Shown here: positions 24,497-39,072 of the stretch, piece by piece
Layout of the letters: the number at the start of each line of letters is the position of its first letter
Numbering within the stretch: position 1 is the first letter of the stretch
Assembly: GCF_009914755.1 (NCBI RefSeq)
Contig: NC_060938.1
Reading direction: 5' to 3' (one strand)
Source of the DNA: the human T2T-CHM13v2.0 reference genome, Homo sapiens
DNA length: 64,000 nt
Translations under genes and position numbers: made by a program
Notes under the pieces: generated by a model
Databases searched by the model: none
What the model saw: the letters and a program-made list of their open reading frames with translations, nothing else
Told to the model about the DNA's origin: nothing

Positions 24497-25490
24497 AAAA
24501 GTAGAGAAAAGACAAGAGGAAGGTAGGTAGGAGTGTTAATACATTGCAAACTGAGCAAGAGAGGGAAACAAGACAAGGGACAAGTGGGTGTCCTTCAGAG
24601 TGACATCATGCAACATATAACTCTATTCTTGGTCGGCTACATTTAACAACGCCCCTACCTGATTTACATGGTCAGAAATAAACTCATCTGCAGCGACCAT
24701 CATTTTGTGAGCCAGGTTGGGTTCTTTATACCTGCTGATTTCCATTAAATGCTGTTTAGAAAAATAATTTTGTAACCCTGCCCTGCTGGTGTTAAATATA
24801 AATCATTGGTTTGGCTGCTAAAATATAACATTCAAGGTGAACAGAGAGACAAGCAATCCTGTTTTCTTCCCCAACGATGCTTTAACTCAAGACAGGAGCT
24901 CCCGGGTGGCTTCGCATCGCAATTTGCCACACGTGCACTGATGGCTCTGCTGGGCTCTGCTGGCGGTGCTGGGCTGCCGGCGTCACGGAGCCATCAGTCA
25001 CGGATTATGGCTGCAAGGGGTGCCTGGGTTTAATCTCATTTTTGAATGAATTAATATTATTAGTTTTGAAGAATTAATGGTATTAAATGTGCAAGGTTCA
25101 TATAAATTATGTCCACATCCACCTATTACTAAATGTGTCTCATTCTTGTGCAAGAAAGCTTCAAGAAGCAATTCAGTGGAATCCTCTCTTTTCTGTTTTT
25201 CTAAAGTGCCCTCCTAAAAGAGTTAGATAGACTAATATATACCTAGGACAAGTGCTTTATGATATAAATCTGTCCTTTGGTCCATGCTCAAGGGGATGAC
25301 ATAATTGAGTCAGTTACCAGAGGAAGACATAACTTTGTGGTAGTTTATTACAGGCCTTTACAAATGTAGACAGAAGTATACACCATCCAAGAAAATCCTA
25401 TATTTTAGAAGAGGCTTGAGCTTCCTTACTCTCTTATTTCCCCCTTGCAGTAAAAAAATAAGTGCTAAGGTATACCCATGTTGTAGCATT

Positions 25491-25538
<48 letters not shown>
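25491..25538. repeat. (GA)n microsatellite
   Basis: Visible interrupted GA run. Confidence 0.95.
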
Positions 25539-25539
<1 letters not shown>

Positions 25540-25616
25540 GATCATGTTTATGTGTATCTTTTTCAATCTGAAACCAATTTTTGTCCTTACCTAAGTCTAA
25601 ATGAAATGCATATTGG

Positions 25617-25925
25617 GCTGGGAGCAGTGGCTCACGCCTGTAATCCCAGCACTTTGGGAGGCCAAGGAGGTGAATCACTTGAGTCCAGGTGTTTGAGACC
25701 AGCCTGGGCAACATAGCAAAACCCCATCTCTACAAACAATAAATTATCTGGACATGGTGGCGCATGCCTGTAGTCCCAGCTCCTCAGGGGGACTGAAGTG
25801 GAAGATTGCATGAACCTGGGAGGTTGAGGCTACAGTAAGTTGTGATCGTGTCACTGCACTCCAGGCTGGGTGACAGAGTGAGACCCTGTCTCAAAAAAAA
25901 AAAAAATCATTTAAAATAAAAGCAA
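25617..25925 (+). mobile_element. AluJ
   Basis: gcctgggcaacatagc, ggttgaggctacagt, gagaccctgtctc; degenerate TSD gaaatgc(a/c)tattg. Confidence 0.92.
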
Positions 25926-26614
25926 GAAATGCCTATTGTTGGAATCCTATGCTAGCAAGACTAAAATTCATGTCTGTGTTTGAAGCTTTTGGGAAGATGA
26001 TGATCAAATGTGAATGAGCCCATTGCCTCTTCTTTCTGAATGATATTTCTGTTAAGGGATCTATCAGGTTGAATCCTGTGAAGTATACTTATCTTTTAAC
26101 CCGGACACCGTGACATGCACTGATTGTTACATACAGCAATTGTCGCCTTTATTGCCTGCTTAAAAACTCAAATTGCATTCAGGTATATGGGTGAGATGAC
26201 TTGATTTCAAGAAAGGTGAACTCTTTACCCTGGGTCCTTGGGATGATCCTATTATCCTTTGCTGTGTTTAATGACCTAATTCCAGCCAACGAGATGTAAA
26301 GAGATGGATAAAGTTTTTGAACCTCAGTGTGCCAAGCACAATGCCTCATAGTCCATTAATAAGATATATTCATTCTATATGTGCTTCATAGGCTCTTTTT
26401 TGGCATCCTTGAGTGGACATGAGCTCTTAATGAGTATTTAACAGAAAGACATTCCGCACACCTGTACTTTTAGTAACTCTTAAAAACTTTTTCCTAAAAT
26501 GTATATATGTGTACTCAAGTAACCACATCATTCCCTTTCAGGATTTCCATATCTTCTCATTAACAATTTGTACCATCTTCTACTTCATTAGAGACTTTTG
26601 TCAAAGTTCTATGA

Positions 26615-26852
26615 TAGCACTTTTCAATAGAAATCCAATTTGAACCACATATATAGTTTTAAATTTACTAGTAGCCACATTGAAAAAGTAAGAAGAAACA
26701 GATAAAATTAATTTTAAGGTGATACTTAACCCAGTATGTCCAATATAATTTTGTTTTGACACATAATCAGTATTTTTAAATTATTGAAGTATTTTACATT
26801 CTTTTTAAATATTAAGTCTCTGTTCCAGTGTGTATTTTATACTTACAGAATA
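26615..26852. mobile_element. MER33 segment, resumes at ~29361-29381 after Tigger1
   Basis: tcaatagaaat...tagtagccacatt...gtgtgtattttatacttacagaata | tctcaatttggact. Confidence 0.75.
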
Positions 26853-29360
<2,508 letters not shown>

Positions 29361-29814
29361 TATCTCAATTTGGACTGGTCATTACTCGCCAGACTTTCTA
29401 ACTTTTTCCCCTATATAACTTCTCATCCTGCTGACCTGATTAATTTCATATTATGCTCAATATTTTGAAATGTTTGTTTTCCCCAGCCTATCCAATTATC
29501 ACTCTTTTTATATCTTTCAGTTTAATAAGCAGTTATTATTTAGTGGCTACTATAAGACAAAGAGAATATTTCCTGCCGCTAAGCTGTGTACACATTTGGT
29601 GAAGAGAGCCGCAGTCCGAACAATGGGCTTCTTCTTTTCTGTTCTACTACAGTTTACATGCACCTCTCTTACAGCAGTTGTTAGGCTTCCTGCACTTAGG
29701 GAATAGCCATGGAGACAGCACTGCTTCCACTTACAGAAGAGACTTTTGTCTGTACACTAGTGTTAAGTAGGATTTTATATAATAAGGGTTTAAATTGGAA
29801 GGGATCCCAGAAGG

Positions 29815-30350
29815 TGTGATGGTTAATTTTATGTACCAACTTGACTAGACCACAGGATCACAGGATGCCCAGATATTTGGTCAGATATTATTCTGGGTGT
29901 TTCTATGAGGGTGTTTTTGGATGAGATTAACATTTAAATCAGTAGACTGAGTAAAGCAGGTTGCCTTCTCCAATGTGGGTGGACCTCATCCAAACAGCTG
30001 AAGGCCAGAATAGACAAAAAGGCTGACCCTCCCCTGAGTAAGAGATAACTTTTCCTTCCTGAATGCCTTTGAACTGAGAAATTGGCTTTTTTTCTGCCTT
30101 TGGACTAAAAATATTGGCTCTTCCTGAGTTTTGAGCCTCCTGGCCTTTGAACCGGAACTACAATGTCAGCTCTCCTGGGTCTCCAACCTGCTGACTCACC
30201 CTGCCTCCATAATGGCATGAACTAATTCCATATATAAGCTATGTATGCACACACATTCACACACACAGGGTTTGAATAGGCTGTGAATAAGGTTTGGAAT
30301 ACGGTCTGAATATAGAACAAGGTTCTGTTTCTCTGGAGAACCCTAATATA
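29815..30350 (+). mobile_element. MLT2B-like ERVL solo LTR inserted in a MIR
   Basis: tgtgatggttaattttatgt start; ggttctgtttctctggagaaccctaata end; 5-bp TSD gaagg. Confidence 0.92.
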
Positions 30351-31074
30351 GAAGGCTTTTCACCCAACCTCCTCACTTTAGAATTGACTCAGCTAAGGAC
30401 CAGAGAGGCCAGTAACTTGCTCGAGCTTACACAGCCACTTGGGAATAAATCAGGATCAGAAATAGTTTCTCAAATTCTTACTTCAGCGCTCTTGCACACT
30501 GTGCCACTTGTGCACTGTATCACATTGGTGTGCACACACACACACACACTCACACAGACATGCATGTACTTTTAAAACATGAAAACAACTTATTTAAATG
30601 AGAATTTTGCCTTTGTACCCAACAGAAAATAATATTTGAAACTCAAGTAAATTGTGGTGGAAAGTCCACTAGGATTCCATGAAGAGAATTCATTAGCTAG
30701 AGGATGCAAATAAGATTGGTGGTGAGAAGTTTGGAGAGACAGCAACAATAGTTTTCCAGTAAGAATGGAAAAAACTGCCTGAGGTTTTGGCTATGTCTGC
30801 AGGTCTGGGTTAATGATTTTATGAGTAAGCCAATTCAAGATGGCAGGATTCTGTTTGGCCCATTTTCCTACTACAGTGCATTCCAGCCCGGAAGTATCAG
30901 ACCCTTCAGAAGCTCAAGTGTCTGGGCTAGAAAACAGCCACATTGGATTGAGCTGGAGGTCCAACAACAGGCTGAACAGAACAGAGGATGGACACAACTG
31001 CTGAGACAGCCTCTCATGGCTAAGGTGTGGTAAGAATAGTAATAGCCATTGAGTTAGATGGACGAGATAGTCTT

Positions 31075-31250
31075 CTAAGTCCTCTCCTTGAATTGACTCA
31101 TTTAAGCCAACAATAACTCTACAAGGAGGTACTGTCATTATCCCCTTTTTACATGTGGCAAAACTGAAGTACAGAGAGATCAGTAAGTGGTGGGCCTGGG
31201 ATCTAGAGCAGGTGATCTGGCTCCAGAGCCTCTGCCCTTAACACCATAGC
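31075..31250 (-). mobile_element. MIR
   Basis: ggtactgtcattatccccttttta...aaactgaag...tctggctccagagcc. Confidence 0.75.
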
Positions 31251-32696
31251 ACCCCTTACCTGCAGAAGCCTAGGTGGATTTCCTTGGAAAGCTCAGAAAG
31301 TCTTATGTTCTATTGAAATATCTGTGCTAAGAAAGGTTGTGACCTTCTAAACTGCTTCCTGGATGAGAATGAGGAAATTTGGGTCTAGCTCTGCCATTCA
31401 TTAGGCACCTGGCCTTTGGCAAATCACATAACCTCCCTAGGCATCTGTGTCCTTCCTTATATATGAATTTACATTGTTAGGCTGATTCCTACAATCACAT
31501 CTAGCTATGAAATTCTATCATCCTGATCATTGTGAGATTATACTATTTACAAATGTTTTTTATCATTATATATATTATTATTACAATCTTTTTCATTATA
31601 TTCGGGAAATACCTTTAATGACGTATAGATGACTTACTAATTTGTGAGTAAAAATCTTCTGAAGGAATATGTCTTATCCCTTGAACAATATGTTAAATCA
31701 TGCCTCTTCTAATATTTTCAAATGAGATCTGGAGAGATAAAAGAGTAAGGGCTGAGCAATGCATTGTTAATTTCTAAGTATACATGGAAATATCATGAAT
31801 GGGGAAATACATAATGCTTTGATTAATGGAGAGCCATTCATGCCATAGTTTATATTAGTAATTGCCCGGTAAGAACTCTATGGTTTATCTAGGCTGACTT
31901 GAGATGGGAATTTCAGATCCAGCTCTGGCACAAGCTAGACCTGTGATCTTGGGCAAATCCCCACGGCCTCCTTGTTGTCAGTATTTGAAGGAAGATGTTT
32001 GGGCCATCTGGTTTTCTTATGAGTATAATGATGCAGATGTGGGCAGGGCTTCCCTGGAAGAGCTCCGTTCCCAAGGCAATTCTGCCAGTGTGGACCCAAG
32101 TCAATTGCACCTGAAAGGAGGCCTCAATCTTGGCATCTTTGACAGGCTTCATAAGATACATTGCTAAAGGTGGAAATTTCCAAGTTACATCTAAATAATG
32201 TTCAGAAAATGGCAGAGGATATGACACCTCTTACCATCTCCCCAACTCCATGCATAGGGTTCAGCAGGAGAAGCTGCCCCAGGTATCATGCATGCTCAGC
32301 AGGTTGATGCTAGAGGACCACCCTTCAAAAGCTATTGTTTTCCCCCGAGTGTAATGGAAGGTTGTTGCCTCTGTGAGTAGCTCCCTTAGAAGCAGGACTG
32401 TCAGGAACTATTCCCAAGTCCCAGCAGAGCTGCTATAAGCTGTGCTTGGCCCTTTAGTATGAAGGCCACTTTAGGTTCTATCTGGTCCTGTCCCCCAAAA
32501 CCTCATTTAATTCAGTCTCTTCAGTTCAATACAATTTGCCTCTGAGTGCACCATGTGGGGAGATGAGAGTTTCAGCCTCGGCTCTCTCACTCTCTAGACC
32601 TGTGATCCTAGGCAAATCTACTCCACCCACTCCTATCCATAGCCTAGGATCTGCTCTAGTATTTGTCATTAGTGCTCTATCAGAATTCCAGAACTC

Positions 32697-33006
32697 TGCC
32701 AGGCACAGTGGCTCACTCCTATAATCCCAGCACTTTGGGAGGCAAGGGCAGGAGGATGGCTTGAACCCAGGAGTTCGAGACCAGCCTGGGCACAGTAAGG
32801 AGACCACATCTCTACAAAAAGACTTTTAAAAATTAGCCTGGTGTGGTGGTGTGGGATTACAGTTCCAGCCACTCTGGAGGTTGAGGTGGGAGGCTTGCTT
32901 GAGCGCAGGAGTTCGAGGCTGCAATGAACCATGATTGTGCCACTGCATTCCAACCTGGGTAACAGCCCCATCTCAAAAAAAAAAAAAAAAGGAAAATTAA
33001 AAAAAA
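32697..33006 (+). mobile_element. AluJ
   Basis: ggaggatggcttga, ggagttcgaggctgca; TSD agaattccagaa(c/t)tc. Confidence 0.92.
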
Positions 33007-34367
33007 GAATTCCAGAATTCCTAAGCTAATCTTTCTGTATTTTGCTGGTTGGGGAACTAGTCAATTAACTACTGTACAGGTAAATTCTATAATTCTACAG
33101 GTAAACACAGGCAACTGCTCATTTCCATGGCTGTCATGAGTGTGGCCCATGTGTATGTGTGTGTTTGTGTGTGTGCGTACATGCAGTTTCCAAAAGCTTT
33201 TTCCAAACTTGGATTTTGCAATTCTTAAACACCTATTCAGTTCTTCTCTGAAGATTCTAAGTGTTCTTTTTGTACCAGTATATTTGTACCACACCTACCA
33301 ACCCGCAAATAGGCGCTAATCCCCCACAGTAATTAGCCCTAACCAATATTTAAGTGCTTAATTTTTTTCAAGTTCTGTTTGTTTTGCCCATCACACTAAT
33401 TTATGGTTAGGTTATAATGATGGCAACCACGACCATTTAAACTGCTAAGAAATTCATAAGCTTTTAGGGACCTTATTTTGGGGAGGCAAAACCCCCCCTA
33501 AATTGTTGTTTATTTTATGATTATTTTTGTTTTAAAATTCTCCCAGGATTTTCTCTCCACACTTTACCTCATTCTAGGTATTTTAGGAATAACTAACAGT
33601 GAACTTGTCTGGGTAAAACTGCCCTGAGCTATTCTTTAAGTTAATTATCACTTCTTTTGCTTCTGTGAATGGCTGTTCAATGACACTGTCAGCAAGTGGA
33701 ATGAACCAAATTACTTTAATTATGGAGTAATTGCACAGAGTGATGGTAATTAAATCTTGATCAGTTTAAGTGAGTGAATTAATTGCTCTAACTTGGAATG
33801 CACACCACAGCAAGAGGAGTTGTTTTGTAGTTTAATTAACACCATCCACTAAAGTCACATCATATTCTAAAATGTAGACAATTAATGAGTTTGATATTAT
33901 TCTCACCTTTGCAAGAACTAGGACAGAATACATGCTGAGAAAGGTAGTGTACTAAGGGAATGATAGAAAACTTAATATTCTTGTCATTTGTATAGATATA
34001 TTGGTTGCAATCTCTACTTTGCCTTCTGGAGAAATGTGCAAATAGAAATATTTCCATATAATTAGCTTCTGGCCCCATTTCATTTCAATATTCCCTGATC
34101 TGTGCAACAGTATACATTTCCAAATTTGTTAATGTTTTAAATTTCTACAGCCTGAATTTCACAGTGAATCTAACCACCATTTACTTCCTTTTTGTTTGGG
34201 AGAGTCCAGCCCTTATGAAGTTGTGCTTAGGGTCTTCATAAAATTTGATTATTTGTCAATCATTGTTTATTGGAAACAGATTTCCTTGCTTCTTCTATTA
34301 CCCATTCCCTAGCACTGAGAAATGCTTTATGTTTTTATAGTAACTTTTCTGCTTCTATCTAGATCAG

Positions 34368-34530
34368 CAGTGTTCACTCCTGATGTTGCTTTAGAATCAT
34401 CTATGGAGTTTTAAAAAATTGCCAGTACCTAGGCCTCACTCCAGAATTTAGAGGGGTGAAACCCAGGCGTGAGTATGTTTTTAAAACTCTTCAGGTGATT
34501 CTAGTATACATCACCAGTTGATAACCACTG
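34368..34530. mobile_element. MER5-family element
   Basis: ttagaatcatc...caggtgattctag...gttgataaccactg. Confidence 0.7.
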
Positions 34531-36152
34531 ATTGAGAAATTCCATCTGTCTCATCCCATTGACCCTTAGAGGAAGGTGGTATTATCACAGATTTCCAGAT
34601 GGAGAGCACTCTGTGGTCAGGACAGAGTCTGAGGCTTGAGACCTAGACCTAATCCTCAGACAATCCTCCACTCCCTCTCTCTCTTAAGAGCCAATTTATC
34701 TAAATATTTCACCACCACGCTCCAGAATAAATCAAGTTGGTAAGTCCTAGTTTATAAACTAGAGAAGCAAAGAAGCAAAAGAAATAAACATGGTTTATTT
34801 AGCAGTCTTAGGCATTGCCCTATTAAACTTCCAATAAGAAAAAGATATGTTTCTCTCTGCCCCAGGATCGTGATATGTGTGCAGTTGCTTTATTGTCAAT
34901 GGGTAGTAATGATTGAGTAGAATTGATGGAGGGAAATGGCATTTGCCAGTTCTGCCAGATGTGAGTAATAAGTGAGCTTCTTAAGGTTGTACATTGTCAA
35001 AGGCAGGAGGAATTAGGTCTTCTCTGATTTCCATGTTCATATGCATTAAGCCTCTACACTATAGGCTCCAGCTCAGAGTTAACACGAGACAGTGGAAACT
35101 TGACCCAATTCTATGAGTAGATTCTTGGATGTATTCACATGTGAGTTAAAATGTGAATTGGGTTTTGAAAAATAAAATTTTTCTATGTGGAAAAAGGAAG
35201 AAAATGTCCTACAAACCAAAGGTACTTCTGTAGGACCAAAACATGTATGTCTGGGAAACTTACATGGTCTTGGTATGACTGGAGCATGCACTGTGGGGGA
35301 AAGATATTTTATTAAAGGCAATAGACCAAAACTGCCAATAATCCACTTCTAGGCTGAAAAGGTAAAAGTATTTAGCTTGTTGTATCAAGAGAGAATAAAT
35401 GGCAGAAAGTTTGTGGAGCAGCTCAGTAAGATGGAGTTGGGAAGGCCTTATTATGGGACTTGTGCTTTTGCTGAGTGGTTCTAAGGTTTAAAAAAGTGCA
35501 GGCCCATTCTGGATTGAGCGCCATCAAGAACAGAGACAATTCAGTAATTGGGTATTTAATAATTTGATTTAGGAGATAGAATAATTAAAGTGGGGCTAGT
35601 GTCATCAATAGCAAAGTCTTTTGTGTTAGCTGGGAGAGGGGGAGGGTTGTAGTCACTTTTGTGGTTGCAGGGTATCCTTGTCTCTGCTGCTTCAGACAGG
35701 GTCATGGAGGGAACTTGTCTGATCCTTGTGCTGTGAGCGTAGTTTATGTTCAGCTGGGGCATCAATGCAGTTGCTTTTCACTTTCTCAAGGGATCAGGCC
35801 CTTGATTGCCATTTTGAGGAGCTAGGACTTAAACGTTGAAAAGTTTTGAGGAGTGAAAAAACAAAATTTCTGTTTTGGAAAGACCCCTCAGGTGGTATAT
35901 GGAGGGTGGCTTTTAATATAAGATGAGATACAGATGGCCCCATAGGAACAGAAGAAAGAAAATGCTCTGGGCAGTGAGACTAGAGAGCAAAGGACTGAGA
36001 AGAGATGCTTTCAGGGAAGAAAAGAGAAAACTTGTGCTGCTTAACAATTCAAAGAGAAACAACAATACCAAGTTCCTTGAACAAATCATAGGAAGCCTCT
36101 TTATCTTCATGATTTAATTGCGGAAAATAGCATTTTAAAAAGTTTCCTTTTT

Positions 36153-36447
36153 CGCTGGGCGTGGTGGCTCACGCCTGTAATCCCAGCACTTTGGGAGGCC
36201 GAGGCGGGTGGATCACGAGGTCAGCAGATCAAGACCATCCTGGCTAACAGGGTGAAACCCCATCTCTACTAAAAATACAAAAAATTAGCCGGTCGTGGTG
36301 GCGGGCGCCTATAGTCCCAGCTACTCCAGAGGTTGAGGCAGGAGAATCACTTGAACCCTAGAGGAGGAGCTTGCAGTGAGCCAAGATCGTGCCACTGCAC
36401 TCTTGCCTGGGCGACAGAGCGAGACTCAGTCTCAAAAAAGAAAAAAA
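36153..36447 (+). mobile_element. AluY/AluSc8-like
   Basis: accatcctggctaac and ggagcttgcagtgag; TSD aaaaagtttcctttttc. Confidence 0.93.
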
Positions 36448-38198
36448 GTTTCCTTTTTCTTGAAAAGTAAAACCCAGTGTTTACTAAGTTCCTGCATGGA
36501 CAAATAGATTCTGGGGTCACCTAAAACTTGTAGCCTTGTGGCTTCAGCTCTGGTAATGCCCCTACAGTAGCCTTTTCCCACTTAGGTTGGAAAGAGTTTG
36601 CAATATGTTCATCCTGGCACAATTCAAAGGAAATACACCAAAGCAAAGAGACAGCTGGTTCAGGATTTTCTTTGGGAGATAAACTCTGTTTGTCCGGGAC
36701 TGTGAGTCCTAAATCACCTGCCAGGAGCCTGAACAGCAGAGAGAGGGACAGGTGAGGAAATGGGTGAGGTCACTCTGCTTAGGCCTGATTCTCCAGCTCT
36801 CACTTCATCTGATTTTGCCCCGAAGGAAGACTAAATGGGCCATTCTGGAGAAACAAGAAATTAGTAGAATACAATAAAATACTGGAAATGAGGAGAAAAA
36901 AAAGGAGAAAACTTTGGTGTCAGGCAGGAAGTTTGCAGGATCTGGGCAGAGAGGAGAGGGAATGGTCCTACTTTTAAAAACAGGGTCCTAATTATATTAT
37001 TTTCCTGATTTTTTTTTTTTAAATCCACAAGACTGTCATTTACTGATGTAAAAACGATGGATAGAGAAGACTCACATGATAGAAGGAAAAATGAACTGAA
37101 CGATGAAATCAGTAACAGCAAATCACATAGTATTATAACTACTAATGACCATAAGGAATTTTAGTTATCTGGGGGGGGGGAAAGGATATGAAGAGAACCA
37201 AAAGTCTTTTCTTTTAGCCTTTTTTTGGGGGTGGGGGCAAGAATTGCCTCAAGTCGCTTAACTATAATCTGTGACAGCACATTTATGTAAATAGCTTTGA
37301 GCAGAGTACTTCTCGACATTTACTTCTATCCCATTTAACATAAGTGTTTTGAGGAACAGATATTGGTTTGAGAGCAACATTTTATAAAATTCAGATGACT
37401 TATTTACTTTTACAAGCCTATTCTGCAGATTAATTTTTCTAAAACTGTTTTTTTTTTTAAGCCAAATGAAACCCTCAGAAAGTGAGGATTCTATTAGTTC
37501 ATGACCTTATGTTTTAGTGGCAAAAAAGTGGCTTTGCAACCCATAAAATGTGTTAATGTAGGGATAGAAATCTTTATCCTTCCGCTTATACTAGGTCCAA
37601 TCAACAGAATGGATTGGGCCTAAATAATCTGACATTAGTATTAAAACAAATATTTAAAAACACATGTATCCATTACTGGTACATTATGTGTGGAGTTTAG
37701 TTCTTGGTATTAAGATACATCTTGACCCCAAAAATGTTCAGTAGAAACCATCACTATATGTGAAGTTAGGCAGGGAATATAGATTATGATTTATATCCGT
37801 TTTTCAATTAGTAGCAGAGAAAAGATTTGATGGCCATTTACAAATTGATTAGCAAGACAGCAGATTAAAAAGACGGTACCTTGTGGCATTCTTTGCCTTA
37901 TTGTCTTTGCCTGTGACTGGCTGCAGTGTTGAAGGACATGTGCCATAAGCAAACCGCGCATCAATTTTCAGATTTCACAAGTAAGCAAAGCTGGCACTAG
38001 CACAAAAGGCATGCCAAAGCCTCCAAAAACCATAAGCCAGTTCAGTGATCAACAAGGTGGAAGTGGCATTACCTATGGCTATATGGTTAATTTTAATTGT
38101 TTTCCAAAAATACAGTTTTACTTATTTCAAAATATATTTCACGTTCCATTCAAATGCCCAGGTTTTCCAGCACCTAATATATTAATTACCCAATAACT

Positions 38199-38542
38199 CA
38201 GCGGTCTCCAGCCTTTTCGGCACCAGGGACCAGTTTAGTGGAAGACAATATTTTCATAGGCTGAGGGGTCGGGGGGATGGTTTTGGGATGAAACTGTTTG
38301 GCATCAGATCATAGGCATCAGTTAGATTCTCATAAGGAGCACATAGCCTAGATCCCTCGCATGTGCAGTTCACAACAGGATTCATGCTCTTAAGAGAATC
38401 TAATGCCACTGTTGAAATGACCCCGAGGTGGAGCTCAGGTGGTAATGCTCCCTCACGTGCTGCTCATGTCCCTCTGTGCGGCCCAGTTCCTAACAGGCCA
38501 AGGACCAGTACAGGTCCATGGCCAGGGAATTGAGGACCCCTG
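38199..38542 (+). mobile_element. MER1B hAT-Charlie element
   Basis: ggcaccagggacc...ttagattctcataaggagc...ggacccctg; 8-bp TSD c(a/g)ataact. Confidence 0.9.
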
Positions 38543-38550
38543 CGATAACT

Positions 38551-38795
38551 CATTTCTTTAGCACATATCAGTTTGAGCACCTGCCATTTGTTTTCATTCT
38601 GTCAAACCCCATGGGAGTCTATACATAGATGCATAATACATGGCCCCTGCCCTCATGGAGCTTACACTTTACATGAAGAATCATTAAACATTAAATGGTG
38701 GTCTGTTAAGAAGATAACACTAAGTCAATAACCAAAGGCACAGTAAATTGCTTAAGTGTCAAATAAGTGGAATAGCTGGTATAAGTGCTCTCAGC
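38551..38795 (-). mobile_element. L2 3' fragment
   Basis: ttgagcacctgc...tggcccctgccctcatggagcttaca. Confidence 0.6.
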
Positions 38796-38891
38796 TCATG
38801 TCAAGCAGGAAATCACTGTTGGGTTGGAGTTGTCAGTTGAAGCTTTATGAGAAAATAGGTAGCAAGCTGGTTCATGAAAGATGAATTGGGG

Positions 38892-39072
38892 CAGAGGTAT
38901 GCTGGTAAAAACCAGCTCCTGGGATGGGGAGCCTGATTTGTAGCATTTGTCAATGTCCACAAATACTCCCACCATGGCTGACTTAAAACTACCAATCAAA
39001 CATTAATGAATGTGAAGTGGGATGCCCACACTTGGCACACATGAGCCAGTGCAAGCCAACTTCCACACCACT
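38892..39072 (-). mobile_element. MER63-like hAT element
   Basis: ggtatgctggtaaa...cctgatttgtagcatttg...aatactcccaccatggctga...cacaccact. Confidence 0.7.
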
